Made by a program: the position numbers and the translations under genes. Positions 39,047 through 52,700 of a stretch of DNA of 64,000 bases are shown in pieces. The DNA lies in NCBI GenBank assembly GCA_030704615.1, contig CM060733.1:73160001-73224000 (forward strand). The letters run 5' to 3'. This DNA is from Takakia lepidozioides (lineage: Eukaryota > Plantae > Bryophyta). The notes under the pieces are model-generated. The model was not told the DNA's origin. It did no database searches and saw only the letters and a program-made list of their open reading frames with translations. How positions within the stretch are numbered: the first letter of the stretch is position 1; each line of letters begins with the position of its first letter.

Positions 39047-39599
39047 GTGGCAATGACAAATCCTTCAGGGATTGATGCCCCATTTTACGGGAATGAGATA
39101 GAAGATGTAGCAGACTGGTTAGAAAAATTGCAACTAATAGGAGATGTTCGAGATTTGAATGAAGACAAACTGTTGAAAGTGGCAAGGTTAAATCTGCAAG
39201 GTAAGGCAGATGATTGGTATAAAAGACAGAATCCCAAACCCACCATTTGGGAGGAGTTCCAGGAACTGGTGTTTACAAAATACGGACAGGTGGATCCCAC
39301 TGAACTAAAAATGAAGTTGGACTCTGTGAAACAGGAAAGCAGGGAAAGAGTGCAGGCATATTACGACCGCATCTCGAAACTGTTCGCCCAGGGAAAAATC
39401 TCTGACTTGGAACAAAGAAGAAGAATTCTGAGTGGGTTGCAGCCCGAGATCATGCGACTCATGCTAGGTACAAGGTTTGTCAACATTGATGACGTGTTGG
39501 AAACTGCCCTACATGTGGAATGGGGATTGGGAGAGATGAGAGAAACCCCTTTGGAGCCACTAGAAGGAGAGATATAGGAGCAAAAGGTGACGGATACCC
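39047..39599 (+). mobile_element. Retrotransposon gag fragment (Gypsy-like)
   Basis: FYGNEIEDVADWLEK, LQGKADDWY, WEEFQELVFTKY, KQESRERVQAYYDR, SGLQPEI. Confidence 0.85.
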
Positions 39600-41459
39600 T
39601 GTCAAGTTATTTTACCACTAGTGTGAAACTAGCTAGGAAATAGCAGCTTTTACATATTGACATTTGGGATTGGCCCAAGTGTCAATCCAGGGGTCAAGGC
39701 AGATTTAGGCCCTGGAGTGGTTATCTTCACGGCAAGCGCGGGAGGCTCATCTTTCTCGAGTTGAGCCTCACCGCGCCTAGCTATGGCGCCGTAGTGTGGA
39801 TTCCCCATGGCGTGGGGTGCACTTGGCTTGACTTGTATTTGAGTGATGAGGTTATATATATGCATGAGTTTATGCTTCAGCTTTGTGAGCTCGCATGAGC
39901 TCGTGCTTGTATTCTTCCTCTTTATCACTCGAGAAAGATGAGCTCGTATCTATGAGTGCTAGATACGAGTTAGTTGTAGCACTTGTGGTTTTTGCTTGAG
40001 AATGAGAGAAACCAAGTTGTTATGCAAGGAGCACCGTGGAGCTCTTGGTTGTTAGAAGCGGAGGCGATGTGGGTTACGAGGTGGTAAACCTTGGCATTCG
40101 ATCTTCAGCTTCAGAGATGAAAGCACCATACTGTAGGTAATTCCAGAGCACCTTGATGGTTTCAGATTGTGTACATGCATGAGCAAGCACGATTGGGAAG
40201 AGGACCAGTCAAGAGCAGGTTATAGTGGCTTTGGTGGCAAAGCTGAGAACTGGACTTGGGAATGCGAGCTGTCATTGTGTGAAGGATTGCAAGACCAAGC
40301 GAAAGGGCTGATTTGGCTTGGGGCAAATCAGTGCACTTTGTGGAGTATGGTGAGATTGGGTTTCAATCTCGAGCTTCAGCATTGAGAGGGCTCTTGTCAT
40401 GGCGAGAGCAGGGCTGGAACAGGAGCTAAGAGGTGCGGCAAGGCCATGGAATGTGCACCTAGGGTTACAGAGCTTGGAAGAAGAGCTCTTGCACCACAAG
40501 AGAAGTGTCTTGTGGCTGGAAATGTAAGCCTTAGGGTTTCAGGAGCTTGGCAAAGGCTATGGAGTGCTTAGTCTTGTCTTAGAGAGCATCAAGGAGCCAA
40601 GGAGGCAAGATAGGGGGCTGATATCTCTTGTGTGAAGAGGTTGCATGTGTGGAGCATGTATTCAGCTCATTGAAGCTTCCATCTTCAAGCTTGGAGGGCA
40701 AGCAAGGAAGAGGGAAGGGCTGACTTCCCTTATGTGAGGGCAATGCATGTGTGGAGCATGCTATCAGCCTGGTGAAGGCTTGCACTTTCAGGTGTGGGAG
40801 TGCAAGAAAGGAAGGAAGGGGCTGGTTTCCCTGTAGGGCATGTGGAGCATGCTTTCAGCATGCTGAAGCTTGTATTTTCAGGTTTGTGGGTGCAAGAAAT
40901 GAAGCAAAGGAGCTGATTCTTTTATGGTGAGAGTGGGGCATGTGTGGAGCATGCCTTCAGCCCATTGAGGCTCTTGTTTTCAAGCTTTAGAGAGCTAGAA
41001 CGGAAGGTCTAGGGCTGGTTTCCACTTGGAGTGAAAGAAAAGCACTTGTAGGGCCTATGTGAGTTGGGGTTTCAACTTCAAGCTTGAAGGGAGCGCAACT
41101 CTTGAAGCAGCAGGTGTAAGGGGCTGGAAGAGGCTCTAAGACAGATGCTATGGCCAAGGAGAGTGCTTGAATGAGTGCTCACAAGGGCTGGGAACCAGCA
41201 GGGCTTGGTTGTTTGCCATTGAGTTTAGTGGCGTGTTTGGGTAGGCTAAGTGAGAAAGAAGGCTTGGTTTGTGGCAACCACCTCATGGCTTAGGGCTACT
41301 ATGGTGGTGTGTGGGAGCCGAAAGAGCAAGGATACCTTGCTGATTTCCTCACAGCCACCATAGCTCGGTGGAAAGAAGCCTAGAGTCCAAGAGACACAAA
41401 CCCTAGCTTGGCGTGGCTAAACCCCTTGGAGAAATGGCTAAACTGCCAGAGCGGCCATG

Positions 41460-44400
41460 TGTGGGGCTGTGACAGGCAGTGGCAAGCTGTGACGGGCTGT
41501 GACGGGCTGTGTCAGGCTGTGGCGAGCTGTGACGGGCTGTGACGGGCTGTGACAGGCTGTGGCAAGCTGTGACAGGCTGTGATGGGCTGTGACAGGCTGT
41601 GCCCTGTGCCCTGTGGGGCTGTGACGGGCTGTGTCAGGCTGTGACAGGCTGTGCCCAGTGGCCTTTTGGGGCTGTGACGGGCTGTGCGGGGCTGTGACAG
41701 GCTGTGCCCTGAGGCCTGTGGGGCTGTGACGGGCTGTGACAGGCTGTGCCCATGGCCTTTGGGGCTGTGATGGGCTGTGAGGGGCTGTGACAGGCCGTGC
41801 CTGAGGCCTTTGAGGCTGTGATGGGCTGTGATGGGCTGTGATAGGCTGTGCCCTGTGCCCTGTGGGGCTGTGACGGGCTGTGTCAGGCTGTGACAGGTTG
41901 TGCCCAGTGGCCTTTGGGGCTGTGACAGGCTGTGCCCTGAAGCCTGTGGGGCTGTGACGGGCTATGACAGGCTGTGCCCATGGCCTTTGGGCTGTGATGG
42001 GCTGTGACAGGCCGTGCCTGAGGCCTTTGCGGCTGTGATGGGCTGTGACAGGCTGTGGCAAGCTGTGACAGGCTGTGATGGGCTGTGACAGGCTGTGCCC
42101 TGTGCCCTGTGGGGCTGTGACGGGCTGTGTCAGGCTGTGACAGGCTGTGCCCAGTGGCCTTTTGGGGCTGTGACGGGCTGTGCGGGGCTGTGACAGGCTG
42201 TGCCCTGAGGCCTGTGGGGCTGTGACAGGCTGTGCCCATGGCCTTTGGGGCTGTGATGGGCTGTGAGGGGCTGTGACAGGCCGTGCCTGAGGCCTTTGAG
42301 GCTGTGATGGGCTGTGATGGGCTGTGACAGGCTGTGCCCTGTGCCCTGTGGGGCTGTGACGGGCTGTGTCAGGCTGTGACAGGCTGTGCCCAGTGGCCTT
42401 TGGGGCTGTGACGGGCTGTGCGGGGCTGTGACAGGCTGTGCCCTGAGGCCTGTGGGGCTGTGACGGGCTGTGATAGGCTGTGCCCATGGCCTTTGGGGCT
42501 GTGATGGGCTGTGAGGGGCTGTGACAGGCCGTGCCTGAGGCCTTTGCGGCTGTGACGGGCTGTGAGGGGTTGTGACAGGCCGTGCCCATGGCCTTTGGGG
42601 CTGTGACGGGCTGTGAGGGGCTGTGACAGGCCGTGCCCGAGGCCTCTGGGGCTGTGACGGGCTGAGAGGGGCTGTGACAGGCCGTGCCTGAGGCCTTTGG
42701 GGCTGTGACGGGCTGTGAGGGGCTGTGACAGGCCGTGCCTGAGGCCTTTGAGGCTGTGACGGGCTGTGAGGGGCTGTGACAGGCCGTGCCCATGGCCTTT
42801 GGGGCTGTGACGGGCTGTGAGGGGCTGTGACAGGCCGTGCCTGAGGCCTTTGAGGCTGTGACGGGCTGTGAGGGGCTGTGACAGGCCGTGCCCATGGCCT
42901 TTGGGGCTGTGAGGGGCTGTGAGGGGCTGTGACAGGCCGCGCCTGAGGCCTTTGGGGCTGTGACAGGCCGTGCCTGAGGCCTTTGGGGCTGTGATGGGCT
43001 GTGACAGGCCGTGCCTGAGGCCTTTGAGGCTGTGAGGGGCTGTGAGGGGCTGTGACAGGCCGTGCCCATGGCCTTTGGGGCTGTGACGGGCTGTGCGGGG
43101 CTGTGACAGGCTGTGCCCTGAGGCCTGTGGGGCTGTGAGGGGCTGTGATAGGCTGTGCCCATGGCCTTTGGGGCTGTGATGGGCTGTGAGGGGCTGTGAC
43201 AGGCCGTGCCTGAGGCCTTTGCGGCTGTGACGGGCTGTGAGGGGCTGTGACAGGCCGTGCCCATGGCCTTTGGGGCTGTGACGGGCTGTGAGGGGCTGTG
43301 ACAGGCCGTGCCCGAGGCCTTTGGGGCTGTGACGGGCTGAGAGGGGCTGTGACAGGCCGTGCCTGAGGCCTTTGGGGCTGTGACGGGCTGTGAGGGGCTG
43401 TGACAGGCTGTGCCTGAGGCCTTTGAGGCTGTGGCGGGCTGTGAGGGGCTGTGACAGGCCGTGCCCATGGCCTTTGGGGCTGTGAGGGGCTGTGAGGGGC
43501 TGTGACAGGCCGCGCCCGAGGCCTTTGGGGCTGTGATGGGGTGTGACAGGCCGTGCCTGAGGCCTTTGGGGCTGTGAGGGGCTGTGAGGGGCTGTGACAG
43601 GCCGTGCCTGAGGCCTTTGAGGCTGTGGCGGGCTGTGAGGGGCTGTGACAGGCCGTGCCCATGGCCTTTGGGCTGTGACGGGCTGTGAGGGGCTGTGACA
43701 GGCCGTGCCCATGGCCTTTGGGGCTGTGAGGGCTGTGAGGGGCTGTGACAGGCCGCGCCTGAGGCCTTTGGGGCTGTGACGGGCTGTGAGGGGCTGTGAC
43801 AGGCCGTGCCTGAGGCCTTTGGGGCTGTGATGGGCTGTGACAGGCCGTGCCTGAGGCCTTTGAGGCTGTGAGGGGCTGTGAGGGGCTGTGACAGGCCGTG
43901 CCCATGGCCTTTGGGGCTGTGACGGGCTGTGACAGGCTGTGCCCTGAGGCCTGTGGGGCTGTGAGGGGCTGTGATAGGCTGTGCCCATGGCCTTTGGGGC
44001 TGTGATGGGCTGTGAGGGGCTGTGACAGGCCGTGCCTGAGGCCTTTGCGGCTGTGACGGGCTGTGAGGGGCTGTGACAGGCCGTGCCCATGGCCTTTGGG
44101 GCTGTGACGGGCTGTGAGGGGCTGTGACAGGCCGTGCCCGAGGCTTTGGGGCTGTGAGGGCTGAGAGGGGCTGTGATAGGCCGTGCCTGAGGCCTTTGGG
44201 CTGTGACGGGCTGTGAGGGGCTCTGACAGGCTGTGCCTGAGGCCTTTGAGGCTGTGGCGGGCTGTGAGGGGCTGTGACAGGCCGTGCCCATGGCCTTTGG
44301 GGCTGTGACGGGCTGTGAGGGGCTGTGACAGGCCGTGCCTGAGGCCTTTGAGGCTGTGACGGGCTGTGGAGGGCTGTGACAGGCCGTGCCCATGGCCTTT

Positions 44401-44790
44401 GGGGCTGTGAGGGGCTGTGAGGGGCTGTGACAGGCCGCGCCTGAGGCCTTTGGGGCTGTGACGGGCTGTGAGGGGCTGTGACAGGCCGTGCCTGAGGCCT
44501 TTGGGGCTGTGATGGGCTGTGACAGGCCGTGTGAGGGCTTGAGGCTGTGACGGGCTGTGAGGGGCTGTGAGGCCTTGCCCATGGCTTTGGGGCTGTGACG
44601 GGCTGTGAGGGGCTGTGGGCTGGTGTTTGTGGGGTGGTGGGGGTGTGGGTGGGGCTGTGACGGGCTGTGAGGGGGTGTGGACAGGCCGCGCCCGAGGTCT
44701 TTGGGCTGTGACGGGCTGTGAGGGCTGTGACAGGCTGTGCCCAGTGGCCTGTGGGACTGTGACGGCTGTGACCAGTGAGCTGTGTGGGCC
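41460..44790. repeat. 3.3-kb minisatellite of a 10-bp unit GGCTGTGA(C/G/T)(A/G) with ~50-bp higher-order units
   Basis: Directly visible, e.g. GGCTGTGACG GGCTGTGAGG GGCTGTGACA GGCCGTGCCT GAGGCCTTTG. Confidence 0.97.
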
Positions 44791-45257
44791 TGTGCTGGTC
44801 TGTGGTGGCCCGTGTTGACCTGTGGATGGCCTGTGCTGACTCGTGGAGGCACTGGTGGACTAAGGACTGGCATGTGGTCTGGAAGGCCGAATTTTGAAGC
44901 TCGTGGGGGTGGTTTGAGGAGTATCTTCATGATATTCCCATGGTCATGCAAGTTCAGGTGTAGGCTATGTTAGGAACTTAGTATTCCAAACCATAAGCCG
45001 CAACAGGTTTCTCTACCCGGTTACCTTGTGGAGAGGGGGTTAGGGACATGTCATGACCGGTTGAGTGTCAACACGGAGGTGCCACTAGTTGCTGGGGACA
45101 GTGCCGGTTCGAGCACTAGCGATACTAGTGGGTACACGAGACGAGGTGTGCGGTTTAGGCCACCTTCACCTCCTGTGTCTTCCACGGAAGGTTCTGATTC
45201 GGATTGTGAATCAGGAGGGCTCATACCGGCGGTGCAAGTTGTTTCTTTGCCATTATT

Positions 45258-48200
45258 GTGGGACACAATGGAGGAGATGTATGGAGCTACCAAGGGCCAC
45301 GAAGGTACTCTGGGGCGGTGGGCACCATTGAGTTGGATGATTTTATCCAAGAGTTTGATAGTTGGTGTGATTTGCAGCAAATGCGCAATCCACAACTATT
45401 TACGCCGTTCATGGCATGGAAAGGGCTGTTTCAGCACCTTGAGGGGCCGCCTATGGATGATTACCATGAGTTCAGGCGGGGGCATGAGGTTGAGATCGAG
45501 GAGTGGAGGATGTACTGGTCACCCGACTATGTCTCCATCACTAGGGGCACTAGAGCCACGAGGGCAGTGGCTACACCTGCCGCTGCACCGGCAGCTTCAG
45601 CAAGCAGCAGTGGACTGGTGGTACAGTAGCTACGACGTCCACCCAAGCCACTACCGCACCAGCACTAGCACCCGTGCCTGCCTTCAACCCTGTTGTGGAG
45701 TTCTTCGAAGAGTTGAGAGGGAACTACCAAGGGGTGAGGACAGAGAAGTTGTGGAGCTTGCAAGAGTTCCAATGGAAGCCGACCGAGAGCTTGAGGGAGG
45801 CTTTCACTCGCATGAGGCGCTTGATAAATGTAACCCAAGGGGTTACGGAAGCTCAGGCAGTCCAATTCTGGTATGGGATATTGGACAAGGAGCTGAGGAG
45901 AAGGTGCGGGATGCAACTCTCCTACAAGCGGCCCAACCCACCTTAGCAAATGTGTTTTTGCTGGCAGAGCGGATAGAGCTCAACATGGTGGAGGAACGAG
46001 TGGTCATGGTGGGATTTGCTAAGGAGACACCACGGGGTAGTGTGCTCCTAGCCAACCACTACCTCAACGTGCTCAAGGCAACAAGGGCTCAGGTGAAGCT
46101 CAGGGAAGGGCAGAGAGGACCTCAGATGCAGGGGTCTCTCCCTTCATTTGCTGGCCAACAACGGGCGGATGTGGTGTGCTGGACATGTGGAGGACCCCAT
46201 GCCAAGAAGGATTGCCCAGAGGGAGGCAAAGGGCCGGCACTGCACAGCCTGCACAATTGCAGTGTGGGCATTGTGGCAAGCACGGGCATGGAGAGGCCCA
46301 GTGTTATGGTTTGCATCCTGAGTTGCGCCCAGGCCAGTTCCAAGGGAACAATGGTGGCCGGGGCGAGGTGGAGCAGCCCAGAGAGGACGAGGTGGCCAGC
46401 CACGAGGTGCAGGCCAAGGGCAAGCTCAACGTGGCAAGGACGCGGAGGTCAGGGTGTTGACCAGGCATGGCCAACCGGCTTCAGCAGCTAGAGCAGAGGC
46501 TCGCTGCCATGGCTATAGCTCAGGTGGTACCGGCTCTAAGGCCGGATGGTCCACCTCCTGCTCCTGAGGGAGGAGATATGGGAGGCATGGGATTCATGTG
46601 TGGAGCAGCACTACCACTAGTGCAGGTGGAGTCTGCTGCAGCCGTGACTCGAGGAGCAGCACGAGTTCCTGAGCCACGAGGTGCAGAGGTGGAGTTGGAT
46701 CCACAGCGTGGGGAGGCAAGCCGTCAGGCTAGGCTTCCTCAGTCATTCACATTGGCGGAGACAGTGTCGACGCCATCCATGGCACCTAGTTCTCGCCCGA
46801 CTGTTACCGAGGCGGAGGTTACTATGCCATTGGGGAGAGCTACACGGGTAGCACCACTACCTAGTGTTGCCAAGGCTACGGCAGCTAGTGTGCTGCTAGG
46901 AGCGGCCACATCTGTGTGCCAGGCTCCATTGTTCTCGGCTACCATGATTGCGACGCCGGGGGTAAGACCAGCTGAGGGTGTTCAGGCTGGCAGCTACACT
47001 CTGTGAGAGTGGGGAGGTTACTTCATCTTCTGCGGAGATAGTAGGAGGTGTAGTGCCGGAGGGATCCTCGGATTTGAGGGTTAAGACTGCCACGGCGGCG
47101 CCATGGCAAGCTGCAGCTGCCAGGTTGATGGAGCTGCCAGCTAGGCCAGCCATTGAGCGCGCCATGGTGACACCTGGAGTTGTCATGTTAGACAACCAGG
47201 ATGGCATTTTCTGTTTGAGTGGACCGGCAGGCAAGAGGTACCGGCCACTGCGAGTCTTGTTGGACTCGGGAGCTCAGCCACTGATGCTGGCAGAGCTGCT
47301 ATTGCAGGCTTGGGCCTCACGGAGGCGGATATGGAGCCTTGTCCTTTCCAGATACAGACGTCTCTGGAGGATCGGAGCAGGCTCGGGCATGACACGGCAT
47401 GAGTTGGCTATCAGACTACGGCCGGATCACCCGACAGATGGCTCAGTGATGCAAGCCAAGGCCATTGTGACAGACGCAGTCTCATACGATGTCCTGGTTG
47501 GTGGGGCAGTGTTGTACCCCATGGGCTTCACCCTGGATTTTTGGGAGGAGTCAGCTTCCTATAGGCCTGCATGGCAGTCAGGGGAGGGCCGGCGTGTGCA
47601 GCTCCCTGTGACGTTCATAGGAGGAGTTGTGGTTGCCCAGCGAGGCAAGATGCCGACACTAGCAGCATTCATAGCGGCAGTGAGTTGGCCTAGAGAGTTG
47701 CTTGAGGGCAATGCTCATTCAGAGGATGTACCACCTCCGGGAGAGCAGGATAACATGTATGGTATGGCGGAGTTGCCTACCATGGTTGCTCAGACTCCAT
47801 TCTGGGGCACGAGCAAGGATTTGCAGCGGGATGCTGATCGACGGGTGCAACAAGCCTGGGTAGAGGCTTTTGTACCATCAGGAGAGGAGGAGAGTGTGGG
47901 GATTGCACCAGGACCACCTCAATTGTCTCCATTGGACACCACACCTATTGGTGGCAGTATCCGGATGAAGGATTTGTCTTCTGGACTTGTTTGGCGGGAT
48001 CAGCACCGGATTGGCTGCTGTGTACAGGCAGGTGTACGAGTTCGGCGTTACCTATATGTGGAGAGGGATGAGACTGCACGACGCGTTTCACTTTGCATGT
48101 TGCTCAGTTGGTGCAGCGGTACCCTGAGTTGTTGTCGGTGTCTGCAATTCGTGGATATCAGCAGGCCTTGCCAGCAGACATTCGTTGCTGGGGCGCAGGA

Positions 48201-49643
48201 TTTGGAGCGGGTTGGCTCCATTGATCTGGTAGTGGCAGGTTGGCCCTGCCAAGGGCATTCATCAGCCGGGCATGGCAAGGATTGCGAGACTCGAGTCGGG
48301 TCTGTTTGGGAGATGGTGCGGGTTTTGCGCCACTTGCAGCTTCATCAAGCTGTATCTCCAGCATACATCTTGGAGAATGTGCCACTGATGGGCGATTCTC
48401 GGGCCAGGGTGATGGCCAGTGTGCATCAAGTCCGGTCGTGGCTTGGGTCAGCAGTGTTGCTAGATGCAGCTACAGTGGGGTCACGGGCTCATCGTCCACG
48501 GCTATGGTGGACTAACATGATGCCACCCGCACTGCTCAAGCGTGCATTTGATGGGGTGCAGCGGCCAGCACATCTCACAGTGGATAACATTCTGGACACA
48601 GGGAGGCAGTCTCAACGTGTGAGACAAATGACCGTTCGCTTTGGCAGTGGTCAACAAGGTGGGTCAACCACGAGCAGCATTACCTACATGCTCAGCTTCC
48701 CAGGATCGCATGCTTTCGGGATAGTGGACCTGGCCTCCTGTGGGATGCTCAGTTGCCAGCAGTTAGTGGAGCCTAATGCTGACGAGCGTGAGCGGGCAAT
48801 GGGTTTTACCACTGGTACCACGGCGGTGTCGTCTCTTTCTGAGGCATCACGTCGTCAAGGTTGGGGCAAGCAATGGATCTCCAATTGCTTGACCGGATTA
48901 TCAGCTTGGCTCTAGCTGAGCAACGCAGAGTGCGGAATACACTTCCCTCAATGGTCTCTCTGCCTACGAGACGGTACAGGCAGTGAGTGGGGGCGAGCAT
49001 ATGAGGACCATGGGGTGCATGCATCCATGGCAACGTGGGAGGTGCTCGAGGTTCAGAGGGAGTTGGCAGCCAAGGCGGCTGTGATGGATGAGGTTGGGAT
49101 TCTTCTCGAGTTGAGGAGGTCCTCAAGGATGAGATGATGGGGCAGGATGATGCATGTCATTGACTGAGCAGGTAGGGAGTACTGCTCAAGAGGTTGCAGC
49201 ATAGCACCACGGGACGCGTCCTCTACCTCTAAGCCCATGGACTTAAGGTTGTAGTTACGGAGGACAATTGGGAGCCTGACATTGGACCCATCGTCACCGG
49301 AGGAGAGAGACGACGTATACGGCGGTTCTTGAGGGCTTACAGGAATTGCTTTGCCTTCAGTTTGAAGGACTTGGGAGCACTGAAGGGTCAAGAGATCCGT
49401 ATTGAGTTGGCCACTGACACGCCAATCTTTCGGAGACCCTAGATACAGTGACATGGCGAGGTCTTTGATTCAGATGAGGACTCAAGATCTCTGGGAGGCA
49501 GGTTTGGTGGAGCTCTCTGGTGGAGAGTATGCTTCAGCCACAGTGATGCCAGCCAAGAAGGATGTCTATGGCAATTGGACGGAGAGACGTTGTGCGGTGA
49601 TTACCGGCCTGTGAAATCGTCAGACCAAGTCCGATAAGTATGC
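45258..49643 (+). mobile_element. Degenerate Ty3/Gypsy gag-pol carrying a C5 DNA methyltransferase (gag, PR, DNMT, RT start)
   Basis: Zn knuckles CWTCGGPHAKKDC and CGHCGKHGHGEAQC, protease VLLDSGAQ (~47263), DNMT motifs, RT start YASATVMPAKKD. Many frameshifts. Confidence 0.88.
47970..48890 (+). pseudogene. C5-cytosine DNA methyltransferase domain within pol
   Basis: Motifs in order across frameshifts: I LDLFGGI, II YLYVERD, III LPADI, IV DLVVAGWPCQGHS, VI YILENV, VIII RAHRPRLWW, IX ERERAMGF, X GQAMD. Confidence 0.9.
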
Positions 49644-49744
49644 AGTCCGCTGGAGATGAGAGAGGCACTGAGGGGGAGGAGGAGGAGCAGGACAGTCTAG
49701 AACAGGATGAGGATTCCGATGATTTTCAAGATTAATAGAATTTT

Positions 49745-52700
49745 AACGTCGCTCTCATCCGCTGAATCACATATGTACTTTCGTACCCGTCTACCTGTCT
49801 GAGCTGCTGCCAACTCTTTCCTTATCCTTCTGTCCTCCCTAGCCTCTCCAAAATCTGCTCTACTTTACTGGGAGATTCTCACTTCTTCTAATCGCTGTAT
49901 TTGCGAGTTTAGCTGCATAACTAGGAAGGGAGTAGTCCCTCACCGGGCTCGTCATGATGAAGTCGGCCCTCGCAAAAACGGGACATTTTCCTGGCAGGAA
50001 GTGTAGGCCCTACTGTTTCGACCCGGACCCTGCAATCCTGCACATGACAATATCAACGAGACTAATGAGAACCACAGTCGGGAAATTCCTTTGACATAAA
50101 TGACCCGAAGGCTTTGCAAACTTACAATGTTTGCACTAACTCGTATTCCGGGTTCTCTCTGCATCAAGTCCACTGTGTCTCCTCGGACTCCGACGAATAG
50201 GAGGAGACTTCCGCTATGTCGGGAGCCTTCACATTCCGTTGCAGCCCTCCAGATGGGATCCCACACGGATGAATCCTCCTCGTAGGCAAAGAGGTGCCGG
50301 TCGGAAACCGCCCAGCCCACATTGAGGCACCTGTTACAATGCCATCCACACAGTACCACATGGCGCTTTCAGATGTTGCGAACTACATCCTAACGAGAAT
50401 TTGCAGAACAGCAGAGATCAAGATTCTGCATACTGTCCCACAGATGAGGTCCAGCACTGTGCCCTCCACGTCTGTGCATGTCTCCATAATTGTCGAATGA
50501 AGGCAGGGCTCCGAGTCCGTGAGTACCGCAGGGGTTCCGTTGAAGTGAGGCTATGAGGAGAAGTTCCTTGGGAACGTTGTTGAACAGAAAGTCGTAATCG
50601 AGTGGGTCGCAGTTCGGGTCAACCTTTCTCCCTCCTTCCGGAAAGCAAAGGTGGAGTTTTCCTTCACAAAGCAGTATGCATCGAAACGCTTCGTCTGCAT
50701 TACACAGGGGGAAAACGATTTAGAAACCGAATGCGCACCGCATTTGAAAGCACCCAAGCAAATGAATGGACGAGTGCCAGTGTCGTACTCACCTTCTTCC
50801 CTTCCGACCGAAGGCCAGTGTGTGATGCACGTCACTTCTTTTTCAGAATCGGGACGGCGCTCTTGCGGGTCCATTCGCAATTCCTGTCTGAGTGTTTTTC
50901 CTCTGCTCGCCAGGACAACCACACAAGCCTCTGTCGTCCAACACCATGCGGGCAAGCCCGAATCCTGTCTTCAAAAGTCCTCCGAGTAAGGTACCCGTAC
51001 CAGGTACAAGATGGCAAAGCTTGCAGTCCTTCCACGGCTCTCCGTCAGGAATATCCAAGATGATCATATCGCAAGACCACTCGGTGGAATTTCCGCCTCC
51101 TACAATCCTATGAATACACTCTTGAAATCGCACACCCGCTCACAAGCAACAAGAACGGACCATATTCATTGAAATCTCCGGGGGTGTCGGAGGCTCTTCG
51201 GCAGTCGCCTTTCTTCTTTCGCATTTTTTTCTTTGCCCTTTCAGACCTCCATGGTCTTCATGTATGCCAATTGGCTGCCCGTCCATCAAAGCCGCCAGAG
51301 GAAACTCTCATTTACACACTGGAATACTGTTTCGGGAGCCAATTTCGGCCTCTTCATTTCCACCGGCTCGAAAGGGTGCCCCCCGGGGTTGAAGAGGGCC
51401 TCTTTGCCGAGCCAGTTCTCGTGCCTCTCGTGACACCGGTGGGCACAGGGGAGGCAGCCTGCGTTGGGGGGGTGGGCTGGTTGCAAAGTCTCCATCGGAG
51501 TCCTCTTCTCACCCTCTTCCTGAACAGGCTGTTTCTGCTTCTTCGTTTTGGCGGTGTCACAACAGCTGATCCTTGTTGGCGAGTCCTCTTCTTCGACCCC
51601 TTCTGTTGGGCTGCAACAGCTGATCCACCGTCCTTTGTGCCATCTCAGCTGCCCTTCTGGATTCTTCCAGAGCAGCAGATTCCTTTGCCGACTTTGGCCC
51701 AGCAGGGACACGTCTTTCCTTTCTCTTCTCTTCTGCCAAGGCGTGCAGATCTTTCTCAGACTCGTCAACAATACCGCCAGACATGTCCAGGTACCACGGG
51801 CATCCAACGAGATGCGCGGGATGCCATTGTTTTGCATCTCGGGTGTGTAGACACAGCTTGGGCCCGCCACGGTCCAAGCCATGAAGAATGGGGGCTCTTG
51901 AGCCAGGGCCTGTCTGAAGGAGCACGTTTTCATATACCTGCAAGGCAGTCAGCATGCGTGAGCAAAATTGAGACCAACCTACTGGCAGAGTGCCACCGAA
52001 AACATAAAATGCGAATGCGGTGCCGCATTTCCGAGACAAACCTCGTAACCAGGCTTCGCATACAAGGGCAGCTGTGCTTCACCTATAAACAATTCGCATT
52101 GCAGCTTTCCCGCTCCCTCCTGATGTGTAAACTCCACGCTCCTTCTTGCTGGGTAGCGTTCTCTGGCGAAAAGGTTGTCCTTGTACGCACATCTGAAACG
52201 TGTCACGTAGTCTTCCAATGTCTGTGTTCCATCCATTTGACGTACAAGCCGAACGAATTTGTGTGCATTACGACTTGCTCCTTTGCATTCGACATTACTG
52301 CCATTCCCAAATGCATTGTCACGTAGCAGTTCAGGGAATTCATGTCAGAAAAGCAAATCTGGGGAAGTACCTGTGAATTACCTGGAACCACCAAGTCAAC
52401 GGTTGAGCCACACATCCAATGCAGGGTCGGAAACTTCAGTGGAAAAGACCAATTGTCCTTATGCTCTCGGATGCATTCAGATCGACAGCCACCGTGTCTG
52501 CCATTTCCGATCCAAGTCAGTGGCTGGAGAGAGTGGCTATTGCTAGAAGGAAATCAGTGCATTGAAACCTCACCTTCTCTTTCGCCTCCACACATGCCGT
52601 TGAGAGGTGATGCAGTTTCTCCAATTGCATGGTCGGCTGCATGGCCGAGAATAGTGTTTTGCAATCTCGGGATGAAGTCCTTTCCAAGTGCCGGATCTGC

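Noticed and set aside
41438-44951. Long ORFs of 591-860 aa (TACHSPSQP repeats)
   Set aside because: Open in all three minus frames because the satellite lacks stop codons; no evidence of coding.
39600-45047. Solo LTR (TG...CA)
   Set aside because: No matching TSD on the two flanks and no recognisable PBS.
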